DNA of 64,000 nucleotides from a virus. The position numbers were made by a program, and so were the translations under genes. Within the stretch, counting starts at the first letter, position 1. Every line of letters starts with the position of its first letter. Under the pieces are notes generated by a model. It saw only the letters and a program-made list of their open reading frames with translations, had not been told where the DNA came from and did no database searches. This document shows positions 45,331-55,033 of this stretch, piece by piece. The stretch is taken from positions 4,088-68,087 of IMG/VR virus record IMGVR_UViG_3300033153_012010; one strand, given 5' to 3'.

Positions 45331-47307
45331 ATGGGATATTATAACAGAAATATAAATAAATGGACTCCATTTAAAATGACTGTTGATACCACAAATGATG
45401 GCAGTCCTTCTACAGACTTCGTATTGCCATTTACCAATACAAATCATGTTGGAATTGATGGAACTTTTACACCAAAATATAGATGTCGTGTTGATTGGGG
45501 AGATGGAAGTGAAGATAATATAACAACTTGGAATCAATCTGAAACAACTCACAATTATTCTTCTGGAGGAACATATCAAATAAGTATTTATGGAAGATGT
45601 GATATGTTTAAATTTGACAATGGCACTGGGCAAGGTGGTGATGAAAAAAAAATAATTAGCATAGACCAGTGGGGAGGTATTGTTTGGAAATCATTTAATG
45701 ACGCATTTTATGGATGTTCAAATATGGTAGGCAATTATACAGATGTTCCAGTGTTAGAAAGAGTTGTTGAAACAATCCAAATGTTTGGCGGTTGTTCTTT
45801 ATTTGATGGGACTGTTGGTGATTGGGATATGTCAAAAGTTACCAAGCCAAATCATATGTTTAATGCTTGTACTGTATTTAGTGGTGACCCTGCTATGAGT
45901 GGATGGTCTACATCTAATTTCATATCAACAGCAAATATGTTTTCTGCAAGTGACTTCAATCAACCAATTGGAGATTGGGATACAAGTAGTTTAACAACAT
46001 GTGGATATATGTTTTCTAATGCAGATTCATTTGACCAAAATATTGGTGATTGGGATATGACAAGTGTAGTAAATCCAGCATTAATGTTTTTTGCAGCTGA
46101 TGTATTTAATAATAGTGGGTCATCAAGTATAAGTGGTTGGACATTTTCGCCATCTTGCATAAACTTTCAATATATGTTTGCTGGAACACCATTTAATCAA
46201 GATATTAGTTCTTGGGATGTTTCAAACATACAACTTTTTACTTATATGTTTCTTAATAATACAACATTTGAACATGACCTTGGTGCTTGGGATGTTGGTA
46301 AAGGAACTTCTATGTTACAAATGTTCCAAGGTGCTGCCTCATTTAGTGGTGGGTCTGGAATGAGTAATTGGGTAACATCAGCTTGTACAAATATGCAAGG
46401 GATGTTCCGTGGTTCAGAATTTAATGAGGATATTGGTTCTTGGGATACAAGTAAAGTTACTTCAATGTTACAAATGTTTTATGCCGCACCATTTAACAAT
46501 GGTGGAAGTCCAAGTATAAGTGGTTGGACCACATCTAAGGTAGGAAATTTTCAACAAATGTTTGCTGGAAACACTCCATTTAATCAACCAATTGATAATT
46601 GGGTAACATCAGCTGTAACTACAATGTATGGAATGTTTCAATCTAATTCTGATTTTAATCAACCAATTGGTTCGTGGGATACAAGTAAAGTTACAGACAT
46701 GCGATATATGTTTAATGTGTGTAGTTCATTTAACCAAGATATTGGAAACTGGGAAGTTAGTGGTGTAACAAGCACATATAATATGTTTTTTAATTCTGCA
46801 TTTAACAATGGTGGTTCACCAAGTATAAGCGGTTGGACTACATCTAATTTAGAAATTATGTATGGAATGTTTCAAACTACACCATTTAATCAACCAATTG
46901 GTCAATGGGATACAAGCAAAGTTTTAACTATGCAAAATACTTTTTATCTTTCAGATTATAATCAAGACCTTGATGGTTGGGATATGAGTAAAGTAACTAC
47001 GACAAACTCTATGCTTAGGAATGCTTCCAATTTTAACCAAGATATTGGCATGTGGAATATGACAGCAGTAACTAATATGAGTTCTATGTTATCTTCAAGT
47101 GGAATAGATGTAGATAATTACAATAACTTATTGACTGGCTGGACTGGATGGGATGCTGTTGGTGTTTCTGCAAGTACTGTATTGAAAAGTAATGTATCAC
47201 TTGGAGCAGTTGGTTTAAATTATTCATCAAATACACCAGCAGCACAAGCACACGGATATTTAGATACAGGATTAACGTGGACTATAACAGATTCAGGAGG
47301 AGTATAA
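45331..47307 (+). CDS. DUF285/BspA-type surface-repeat protein
   Basis: VDWGDG PKD-like N-terminal domain, I.QWG, and many FNQ.IG.WDTSKVT.M..MF repeats. Confidence 0.92.
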   Translation: MGYYNRNINKWTPFKMTVDTTNDGSPSTDFVLPFTNTNHVGIDGTFTPKYRCRVDWGDGSEDNITTWNQSETTHNYSSGGTYQISIYGRCDMFKFDNGTGQGGDEKKIISIDQWGGIVWKSFNDAFYGCSNMVGNYTDVPVLERVVETIQMFGGCSLFDGTVGDWDMSKVTKPNHMFNACTVFSGDPAMSGWSTSNFISTANMFSASDFNQPIGDWDTSSLTTCGYMFSNADSFDQNIGDWDMTSVVNPALMFFAADVFNNSGSSSISGWTFSPSCINFQYMFAGTPFNQDISSWDVSNIQLFTYMFLNNTTFEHDLGAWDVGKGTSMLQMFQGAASFSGGSGMSNWVTSACTNMQGMFRGSEFNEDIGSWDTSKVTSMLQMFYAAPFNNGGSPSISGWTTSKVGNFQQMFAGNTPFNQPIDNWVTSAVTTMYGMFQSNSDFNQPIGSWDTSKVTDMRYMFNVCSSFNQDIGNWEVSGVTSTYNMFFNSAFNNGGSPSISGWTTSNLEIMYGMFQTTPFNQPIGQWDTSKVLTMQNTFYLSDYNQDLDGWDMSKVTTTNSMLRNASNFNQDIGMWNMTAVTNMSSMLSSSGIDVDNYNNLLTGWTGWDAVGVSASTVLKSNVSLGAVGLNYSSNTPAAQAHGYLDTGLTWTITDSGGV

Positions 47308-47351
47308 AATTAAATTTAATGCATTCTTAAACCAAGTTTGCAATAAATTTT

Positions 47352-47383
47352 GAGGGTCGCATAAACAGTGTGACTCTTTTTTT
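47352..47383 (+). terminator. Intrinsic terminator
   Basis: gagggtcgc...gtgactctt (with G-U pairs) followed by a T run. Confidence 0.65.
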
Positions 47384-47398
47384 ATTTATATTTGCAAT

Positions 47399-47776
47399 AT
47401 GATAAAAGTAATACACAAGAAAGATAAAGATAAATACGACAATGTAGTTTATGTTGGACGTGGTTCTGCATTAGGAAATCCTTATACAAGCATTCAGGGT
47501 CGTGATACATTGGCCGAACAAGTTGTAGATTCAAGAAAAGAAAGTATTGAGCGTTTTAGAAAGCATCTTCTCAGGAAGATAGAAGAAAAAAACGAAAAGA
47601 TATGTAGCATGATGAATAATATATACACTCTAGCGATGGAAGGAGATGTTTATCTTTCTTGTTATTGTAAGCCAAAATCTTGTCACGGAGACATTATTAA
47701 AGAGATAGTGGAATCAAAATTTGAAGTTGAAAAAGAAGTTGATGATAATCAACTAGATTTGTTTAGTAAGGATTAA
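47399..47776 (+). CDS. DUF4326-family protein
   Basis: VYVGRGS.LGNPY and L.CYCKPKSCHGDII motifs; TATATTTG at 47387-47394. Confidence 0.85.
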   Translation: MIKVIHKKDKDKYDNVVYVGRGSALGNPYTSIQGRDTLAEQVVDSRKESIERFRKHLLRKIEEKNEKICSMMNNIYTLAMEGDVYLSCYCKPKSCHGDIIKEIVESKFEVEKEVDDNQLDLFSKD

Positions 47777-48116
47777 TGTCTTTTGGAATATTTATGCTTA
47801 TGTGTCCATTTTGAGGAACAGACATTTTGTTCCCATCTAAGTATAATAGTTGAAACTCTCCATTAAATACTCCAGCTTCATTTGTATCAACAGCTTCCCA
47901 ATTATATTGAATAGTTCCAGCTGAAGCAGAAATTGTTTGAGCTGATTTACCAAATATTTTATATTCTCCACAATCATTGGTCATTGTAAAAGTTATTCCT
48001 GTAACGTTAGTTAAGTCATAAGCTTCTTTTCCTCCAAGACAACCTCTATCTATCAAGCATATTTGAAGCGCTGGAAGAGTGTCATTTCTTTTTATTGTGA
48101 ACATACTATTTGCCAT
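47763..48116 (-). CDS. BppU N-terminal-like (Ig-fold) virion protein
   Basis: F.IKRNDTLP.L, G.IQY.W..DT..AG.F.GEF and VP..G.I.I motifs. Confidence 0.7.
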   Translation of the reverse strand: MANSMFTIKRNDTLPALQICLIDRGCLGGKEAYDLTNVTGITFTMTNDCGEYKIFGKSAQTISASAGTIQYNWEAVDTNEAGVFNGEFQLLYLDGNKMSVPQNGHISINIPKDINPY

Positions 48117-48136
48117 TTTCCCTTTATTATAATTAG

Positions 48137-48649
48137 TTAATTAATTTCTATATCTACACTGCCATTGTCATTATTATTGCTATTATTGATATATTGTTCT
48201 ACTTCTTTTGAAGAAATATCTAGGTCAATTCCATTACCCTGAACTTGAACTTCAATAACATTGTCATTATTATCAAGTATTTCTACGACTACACTTGTTA
48301 TGTCTCCTAATTCATAGTCAATAACTCCAGCAATATTATAAGCTTTAACTCTAAATCTTACTGATAATTTTTTGTTTAGCGGAGCTTCTGGTGTATATTG
48401 AACAAAGAATACAAGGTCATAAGTAACATCAGAAGCATATAATGTAGCATCTAAGTTGGCATAAAAAATACCAGTCTCCTCTTCAACAACGATAACGTTA
48501 TTTTGAATTACTGTAGATGATTCTGTTCCTCCTGTGCCAGCAATATAAGCAGATGCGGTTACTGATGTGGGTGTAATAAGAGTATAGGTATCTGATGTAC
48601 CAGCAGTTGATACACAATAAAACTTTTTATAGAACCTTAAGAAACCCAT
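48137..48649 (-). CDS. Hypothetical virion protein (beta-rich)
   Basis: 170-aa ORF downstream of the tail tube gene. Confidence 0.65.
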   Translation of the reverse strand: MGFLRFYKKFYCVSTAGTSDTYTLITPTSVTASAYIAGTGGTESSTVIQNNVIVVEEETGIFYANLDATLYASDVTYDLVFFVQYTPEAPLNKKLSVRFRVKAYNIAGVIDYELGDITSVVVEILDNNDNVIEVQVQGNGIDLDISSKEVEQYINNSNNNDNGSVDIEIN

Positions 48650-48664
48650 ATTTTATAAACAACA

Positions 48665-48700
48665 AAACCTTGAACGCTAAACAATAGCACTCAAGGTTTG
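48665..48700 (-). terminator. Probable terminator after the tail tube gene
   Basis: aaaccttga...tcaaggttt inverted repeat. Confidence 0.55.
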
Positions 48701-48722
48701 CGTTAGTATTTTTAAATAAATA

Positions 48723-49211
48723 TTAAGCAGCAAGTAGACATCTGTCTGGTTGAATAGTAATATTCACCATTGCGATGTCATCAGCACTGTAATCGTAGTC
48801 ATCAAAAGATGCATTTGTGATTTGGCACCCGATAAGTGTCCATTTTTCTACTTCAACTCCTACAGGGTCAAGAGCTTTAAGTACAAGATGTTTCTTGTAT
48901 CCTATTGCATATCCCATTCTACCAGTTGCAGATTCGAAATGAAGTCTTACCCATTCCATAATCTTTTGAGTTGTAGATGGTCCAATCACATCAATAAATG
49001 TGATGTCCATAGTTTGCCATATAGAACGACCAGCAACCCAAGTTGAGGAGTTCATGTATGGAATCTCTGTTGAACCGATTTCAAGTGATGGTTTTCCTGA
49101 AGTTTGAACCAAGAATGATTCAATACCTAATTCAGTTGGAAACTCCAGCACGAATCTATTTTTTCTTTTTGGTTCCTGCTCGATAGGAACAGGTCTAAAC
49201 ATATCAGCCAT
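48723..49211 (-). CDS. gp19: Tail tube protein (T4 gp19-like)
   Basis: EPKRKNRF, IPYMN....AGR..W..M.ITF.D, EWVR, L..LDP.G..VEKW.L.G and I.I.PDRC motifs. Confidence 0.88.
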   Translation of the reverse strand: MADMFRPVPIEQEPKRKNRFVLEFPTELGIESFLVQTSGKPSLEIGSTEIPYMNSSTWVAGRSIWQTMDITFIDVIGPSTTQKIMEWVRLHFESATGRMGYAIGYKKHLVLKALDPVGVEVEKWTLIGCQITNASFDDYDYSADDIAMVNITIQPDRCLLAA

Positions 49212-49360
49212 AATTTTATTTTTATTAGTTGTTTTCTTTGTATTAATAAATAACTAGAAAAAAAAATTATTAATGCGATTATAATTTAAAAAAAATAAAA
49301 CTGATGTTATTTATAATAAAAGGGTTTATAAGCTCTTTTATATTGTTGTAAAGAGCTACT

Positions 49361-52300
49361 ATGTCTGGATTTTATTTTAAACCTATAGAAAGAATATTTT
49401 TGAACCTGTCAGGGGGGACTGTGACGGGAGATACTATATTCACAGAAGGCTTGTATGCAGCAAGATTATCTGGAGATACAATATACTCAGGAGATACAGA
49501 CCTTGATATAATCATTAGAAATATATCTTCAGGATTAGATGACCTAACAAGAGTACAGCCAGGAACAAATATATCAACTGGTGGAACTGGAAATTTCCCA
49601 ATCGTAAACCTTATTGATGACATTGTTCTTAATTCAGTTTATGCAATAAGCTTGTCTGGTGATACACTATATTCAGGAAATACAGACCTAGATACAATTA
49701 TTAGAACTATTGCTGGAGACAGTGAAGATACAACCAGAATTCAAGGTGGAACTAATATAAATACTGGAGGTACTGCAAATGTTCCAATTGTAAACCTTGA
49801 TGATGATATTTCTCTTAGCTCAATATTTGCTACAAACTTATCTGGTAATACTTTATTTTCTGGTAATACAGATGTAGATACAATAATTAGAAACATCGCT
49901 TCTGGTCTTGATGACGTAACCAGAGTTCAAGGAGGAACGAACACGAATACAGGAGGGACAGCGAATGCTCCAATAGTAAATTTAGATGACAATATTGTAT
50001 TAGGCTCAGTAAGTGCAGATACAATGAGTGCTCAAACCATGAATGCAGGAGTTTTATTATCTGGTGGAACAGACCTATATAATATATTCTTAACTGCAGT
50101 TGATGGAAACGACATCACAAGAGTTCAGCCAGGAACTAATATAAATACTGGAGGTACAGCGAACAATCCGATTGTAAATCTTGATGACGATATTGTCCTC
50201 AATTCTATAAACGCTTCAACTGTTTCTGGAGATACATTCTATTCTGCAGGAACAAGTCTTGAGACAGTGATTAGAAATATTGCAGGAGTTGCTGGTGATA
50301 TTACAAGAGTTCAGCCAGGAACTAATACATCTACTGGTGGAACAGATAACTTTCCATCTGTAAATCTTCTTGATGACATTGCACTTAATTCTATTAATGC
50401 ATCAATTGTTTCTGGAGATACATTCTATTCTGCAGGAACAAGCATGGACACAATCATTAGAAACATTTCCTCTAGCCTTGATGACGTAACCAGAGTTCAG
50501 GGTGGAACGAATATAAATACAGGAGGAACAGCAAATACTCCAATTATAAATTTAGAAAATAATATTTTATTAAATTCTGTTTCAGCAGTAACAATGTCTG
50601 CCTCTACTTATTATGGTAGTGGTTTTAATCTTACTGATATTGCACACAGTGGATTAACAGGAGTTGGAAATAGAACACATCAAGAGTTGGATGAATTTTG
50701 GAAATTTTCTATTGGCTCTATTCTTGAGACAACATCTGTTTCTGTTATTTCTTCTGGTGGTACAGTTAATTTATTTTTAGAAAAAAATGGAGGCGGTGAT
50801 TTAACTCTTAATTTATCTGGTGGAACATTTGTTTTAGATACAACCCCAACTTTATCTATAGAACTTAGTGCTGGAACAAATATATCTCCGCAAGTTAATT
50901 ATGTTTATATAGATGGTGGTAGCATGACGCTAACATCTTCTACAATTTCTTTCCCATCAATTGAGCATGTTCCTGTTGCTACAACCGTTGTACAAAGTGA
51001 GTCAGGAGTAACTAGTGATGGGGTTTATAAATTGCATGTATGGACTGACCATTTATTTTTAGAAGGAGATAATGGACACCTTAGTCACTTAAATGCGTGG
51101 ATTAGGTCTCACCATGCTACATGGATTAGTGGAGTTGATTTAACGTCAACAATTACAACAAATGGCGGCTCCCTTGATAATTTTAATGTAGCTACAACTG
51201 TTGGTGTTGTTCGTCAACTTCATGAACATCCATATCCAGTAAGAAATACAACAGATACTGGTTCTACAGGTCATGTGCTAGTAATTAATGACCCCACTAC
51301 TCCATACGTTAAATACAGTGACTTGAATTTAATAATACAAGACGCAGAAGGAACTTCTCTTAGAAATACTAATGATAGATATAATTTAGTGATTTGGGGA
51401 ATTGCTAATGAGGATGATAATAATTCTCATATTATTGTTAATTTGCCAACTGGAAAATACACTGGTGGTGGTATTATAAAAGATAGCGCATCTATATTTG
51501 ATGATGACAAGACAGCAAACTATTTAATACCAGCTGAATATGTTGGTGTTGGATTTCTTATTGCAAGATTGACAGTAAAATATACTTTTGCTGGTGGAGG
51601 AACCCTTCAAATATTACAAAATGAAGACCTTAGAGGTCAATCCCCAACTGTTGTTGCTGGTGGGACCATTCATGGTATAACAGAATTTGCTGATAATGTT
51701 TTTAAAATATTTGACCAAGATGACTCTTCTAAAGAGATGGTCTTTCAAGTTTCTGGATTAACAACAGGAAATGTTAGAACATATACAGCTCCAGATAATG
51801 ATGGTATATTAGCAACAAGCGGGAATTTATCAGGAATCAATATGGATATTTCTGTCATTAATGATACAATAATATTTAGTGCTGGAACAAGTGTAGGAGT
51901 AGATAATTTTACAACGGCTGTTACATTATTTGATAACATAGCTTATTTTGATAGGACAGACCAAGCTAGTGCATATACTCTTGACCTTAGTTCTTTAGCC
52001 CCAACTGGTGGAACAGATTTTTATACAACAGCAGCAACACTTAATGGAAATGTTTTATACTTTGATAGAATAGATGGGGCAAGCGCTTATTCTGTAGACC
52101 TGTCTTCAATAGTAACAAGTGGTGGAACAGGAGGAAGTGGTGGAACTATTTATTCTGCTACAGAACCATCACCAGCTACGTTCTCAGCGAATACATGGGC
52201 TAGAACAACTGATTATAACCTTTTTGCTTATGATGATAATTTAAGCAAATGGGTTGGAGTAAACTCTGATAGAATTGGAGGAGCAAGAAATAAGGCTAAT

Positions 52301-52609
52301 CAAAATAATATTTTTTTAAGATATGAAGATGATACACCATATAATATTAATCCAGTTAGAATGCATGGAGATTATGTAATAACAAATGTTGTTGCAAGTG
52401 GTAGAGACCTAGATTCTTGGAATGCTCATATATTAACTGGAACAAGCGTGACAACAGATTCAATTTATAATCTTAGATTAAATACCGCAAGAGTTGGAAT
52501 AGATAATGATGTTAATGTTGAAGTTGCTTCTGGAACTTCTATCTATTTATATATGTCAGGAAGTAGTGTTGCATATCCTAAGATAGATGTTTACATAAGA
52601 AATAGATAA
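49361..52609 (+). CDS. Repeat-containing virion fibre/appendage protein (1082 aa)
   Basis: Six TRVQ.GTN modules in the N-terminal 400 aa; TATTTATA at 49308. Confidence 0.8.
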   Translation: MSGFYFKPIERIFLNLSGGTVTGDTIFTEGLYAARLSGDTIYSGDTDLDIIIRNISSGLDDLTRVQPGTNISTGGTGNFPIVNLIDDIVLNSVYAISLSGDTLYSGNTDLDTIIRTIAGDSEDTTRIQGGTNINTGGTANVPIVNLDDDISLSSIFATNLSGNTLFSGNTDVDTIIRNIASGLDDVTRVQGGTNTNTGGTANAPIVNLDDNIVLGSVSADTMSAQTMNAGVLLSGGTDLYNIFLTAVDGNDITRVQPGTNINTGGTANNPIVNLDDDIVLNSINASTVSGDTFYSAGTSLETVIRNIAGVAGDITRVQPGTNTSTGGTDNFPSVNLLDDIALNSINASIVSGDTFYSAGTSMDTIIRNISSSLDDVTRVQGGTNINTGGTANTPIINLENNILLNSVSAVTMSASTYYGSGFNLTDIAHSGLTGVGNRTHQELDEFWKFSIGSILETTSVSVISSGGTVNLFLEKNGGGDLTLNLSGGTFVLDTTPTLSIELSAGTNISPQVNYVYIDGGSMTLTSSTISFPSIEHVPVATTVVQSESGVTSDGVYKLHVWTDHLFLEGDNGHLSHLNAWIRSHHATWISGVDLTSTITTNGGSLDNFNVATTVGVVRQLHEHPYPVRNTTDTGSTGHVLVINDPTTPYVKYSDLNLIIQDAEGTSLRNTNDRYNLVIWGIANEDDNNSHIIVNLPTGKYTGGGIIKDSASIFDDDKTANYLIPAEYVGVGFLIARLTVKYTFAGGGTLQILQNEDLRGQSPTVVAGGTIHGITEFADNVFKIFDQDDSSKEMVFQVSGLTTGNVRTYTAPDNDGILATSGNLSGINMDISVINDTIIFSAGTSVGVDNFTTAVTLFDNIAYFDRTDQASAYTLDLSSLAPTGGTDFYTTAATLNGNVLYFDRIDGASAYSVDLSSIVTSGGTGGSGGTIYSATEPSPATFSANTWARTTDYNLFAYDDNLSKWVGVNSDRIGGARNKANQNNIFLRYEDDTPYNINPVRMHGDYVITNVVASGRDLDSWNAHILTGTSVTTDSIYNLRLNTARVGIDNDVNVEVASGTSIYLYMSGSSVAYPKIDVYIRNR

Positions 52610-52610
52610 T

Positions 52611-53024
52611 ATGGCAGATTTTATAATTACAACAACAGGAACTGTAACTCCAGTTAAGCTGGAGGAATTGGGCGCATATTTTGACCACCCTACATGTGCG
52701 TATACATTATCTGATTCATTTACTATAGAAGAAATAGCTAACACTCCAACGCTTCAGGCTGCTATGGATAATGGAGAAGTTACAGCTGTAGATGAAAATG
52801 GAAATGTGATTACAAGTTTAGCTTACCTAACAAACCCAGTTCCAGTTTTTGAGATTGATAATGTAGATTATAATAAGAGTTACGTAGGATTTGGAACATC
52901 AGGAGCATGTAAAATTTTAGAAGTTATAACTGCAGTGGACGGTTCTAATACTAGCTTGTGGTCAAGTGGTAATGAAAGTTTCAATAAAATTTGGACTGCA
53001 AGGACTTCTTACAGCTATTTTTAA
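52611..53024 (+). CDS. Hypothetical virion-associated protein
   Basis: Start one base after the upstream stop; C-terminal IWTARTSYSY. Confidence 0.7.
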   Translation: MADFIITTTGTVTPVKLEELGAYFDHPTCAYTLSDSFTIEEIANTPTLQAAMDNGEVTAVDENGNVITSLAYLTNPVPVFEIDNVDYNKSYVGFGTSGACKILEVITAVDGSNTSLWSSGNESFNKIWTARTSYSYF

Positions 53025-53087
53025 AAATAAATTCCTATTTATTAAAAGAAAGAAACTAATTATAACAATCAATAAAATAAGCAAAAA

Positions 53088-54518
53088 ATGGCAAAAACTA
53101 TAGACCCAGATGATTTATCACAAGGAACCGAGATAATCTTCGTTCCATCAGCAAGAACAATAGAAGTTGTTGGATTTACAGATGATTCAGGTTCATCAAT
53201 TCAAGATAGTGGTACGTCCGCTGTGAATGGAGTAACGATGCAGTGTGTATACTCATTCTGTAAGGAAGAGTGGAGAACTGACAGTGCTCTAATTAAATAT
53301 CCATTTCCTCTAGTATCAATTACCGAGGAATCTTTTGAATTCGTAAACGAATGGAATTGGAAAACTGGTACAACAATAAACTTAGTAAGAGATGGTGGTT
53401 GGTCGCTTAAAGATACTGGTGGTACATCAGTAGAAGAATATATGAATGTAACATCACTTGGAGCATTTGATTCATCAGTAAACGATTTAGCTTACTACCT
53501 TCAGGTGTCTGGTACATCTACACTTCCAACAAATATTGTGTTCTCTGGAGAGGTAAATCAAGCTGTAAGGATTTATGGTGATGCTTCTCATGGAAACATC
53601 GACTACAGAGATACATTCAAGTTATATGTTAGAGAACAAGGTAAGACCTATGGTTTCTATGACCTTCTTACAGAACAGAATTTATCAACAATAACATTTA
53701 AGAAATATGCCCTTCCTCTTAGTAATGGTACTGACCTTAAAATTACAACTGCCGATATTGGAATTGATTCTGATTCTAACGGACTTGCAGATGTAGACCC
53801 ATACTCTGGAATGAGTATTACTTATTCTGGTACACCATTCTCAAGAGATATTGGGGGTTCTAGTTATGATTTCTCAATTCTTATTGATGGAAATAACGCT
53901 GTTAAAGAAAAAATTTATGAATTCGTTCAATTCTCTCTTAGACAAACTCTTGATATTGACAGTGGACCTGGAGATGTTAAAGGTAAGGTTGCTGAGGAAT
54001 TATTAGAATTTGTTGGGGACACACTTAAAACCAAATTGACAGATGATGGTGGGGTTTATATTGATAACTTTGCTGTGGCCGATACCAACAGTATAACGTT
54101 TGTTGATGATACTGGAACTGAAAGAAACTTCCCATTCGTTGCGACAGGTACTCTGGTGTTTAATGATAACCTCCAAAATGATGTATATTCAATTTATCGT
54201 GCATTCTTTACTAATGATGACGCTGGAGATAACTTCGGTAGAGACTTTGGTACAGCGAGCGCAACAACCATTAATGACAACAGTTCTTCTGGTATTACAG
54301 GGAACGTTTCTGGTAACACATCAATCGCATTCGATTATGATTATGATAATAATGACCAAAGGGGAATTGGAGCTCTTGCATCAGATGCACCATTTACTGC
54401 GGTAGCTCTTGGACTTGGAACAGCACAGTATGTTGTAACAACAGGAACGATTGTAAGGAGTACATCGAACTCGATTAGTTTCGTGGCCGCCCTAGAAAGA
54501 AATTACCTGAATCCATAA
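53088..54518 (+). CDS. Virion structural protein
   Basis: TATTTATT at 53036; GVTMQCVYSFCKEEW motif related to 56864..57964; C-terminal ERNYLNP. Confidence 0.75.
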   Translation: MAKTIDPDDLSQGTEIIFVPSARTIEVVGFTDDSGSSIQDSGTSAVNGVTMQCVYSFCKEEWRTDSALIKYPFPLVSITEESFEFVNEWNWKTGTTINLVRDGGWSLKDTGGTSVEEYMNVTSLGAFDSSVNDLAYYLQVSGTSTLPTNIVFSGEVNQAVRIYGDASHGNIDYRDTFKLYVREQGKTYGFYDLLTEQNLSTITFKKYALPLSNGTDLKITTADIGIDSDSNGLADVDPYSGMSITYSGTPFSRDIGGSSYDFSILIDGNNAVKEKIYEFVQFSLRQTLDIDSGPGDVKGKVAEELLEFVGDTLKTKLTDDGGVYIDNFAVADTNSITFVDDTGTERNFPFVATGTLVFNDNLQNDVYSIYRAFFTNDDAGDNFGRDFGTASATTINDNSSSGITGNVSGNTSIAFDYDYDNNDQRGIGALASDAPFTAVALGLGTAQYVVTTGTIVRSTSNSISFVAALERNYLNP

Positions 54519-54539
54519 TGGTAATTAATATTAAAAAAT

Positions 54540-54573
54540 TAAGACCACTAATTTATTTTAGGGGTTTTTTTTT
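54540..54573 (+). terminator. Probable intrinsic terminator
   Basis: Imperfect stem aagaccactaa / ttaggggtttt followed by a long T run. Confidence 0.55.
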
Positions 54574-54601
54574 GTAATATTTATAATAAAAAGAATTAGT
54601 T

Positions 54602-55033
54602 ATGGCTGGTATAGTATTTTATTTTGAAGATAACGATAAAGACGTTTGGTCTGGTAGAAGAATAGACTTAGATGCTTGGAATTACAATTGTAAAATTGGA
54701 GGCATAGATAAAGCTATTGTAGTAAACTTAACCCAACAAGATTTAATTACATTTGATGGAAATATGGATATTACTTTCGTAGACGAAATGCCATCATTGA
54801 GCGGGAATGTTACACAACTTGTAACGCCAACTGAAGTTTCAGGCACTACATCATTATGGGATTTTAATCATGAAACAGATTGGTATGTATTTGGACCAGG
54901 GTATGGTTGGAAAGGTAATTATTTTGGTGATACATTTCTTACTTTGCCACAATGCTCTCCAGTTTATCATCATTCTGTTTTCGTAGGTTCAACAGTGATG
55001 TATCATAGAGATAATATTTTAAATCAACAATAA
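54602..55033 (+). CDS. Divergent SPOUT (TrmL/TrmH-like) methyltransferase-fold protein
   Basis: C-terminal SLWDFNH...YVFGP..G...LTLP...HS...STVMYHR resembles the SPOUT knot pattern. Confidence 0.5.
   Translation: MAGIVFYFEDNDKDVWSGRRIDLDAWNYNCKIGGIDKAIVVNLTQQDLITFDGNMDITFVDEMPSLSGNVTQLVTPTEVSGTTSLWDFNHETDWYVFGPGYGWKGNYFGDTFLTLPQCSPVYHHSVFVGSTVMYHRDNILNQQ

Larger units (their letters stand above)
31490..50600 (+). repeat. Dispersed coding repeat module DDITRVQGGTNISTGGT.N.P..NLDD (about 19 copies in three genes)
   Basis: Counted by eye: 11 copies in 30205..38772, 2 in 41569..45327 and 6 in 49361..52609. Confidence 0.9.

Noticed and set aside
30205-52609. Diversity-generating retroelement acting on the fibre repeats
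   Set aside because: No reverse transcriptase in the window; the repeat differences are not adenine-specific and all copies are coding.
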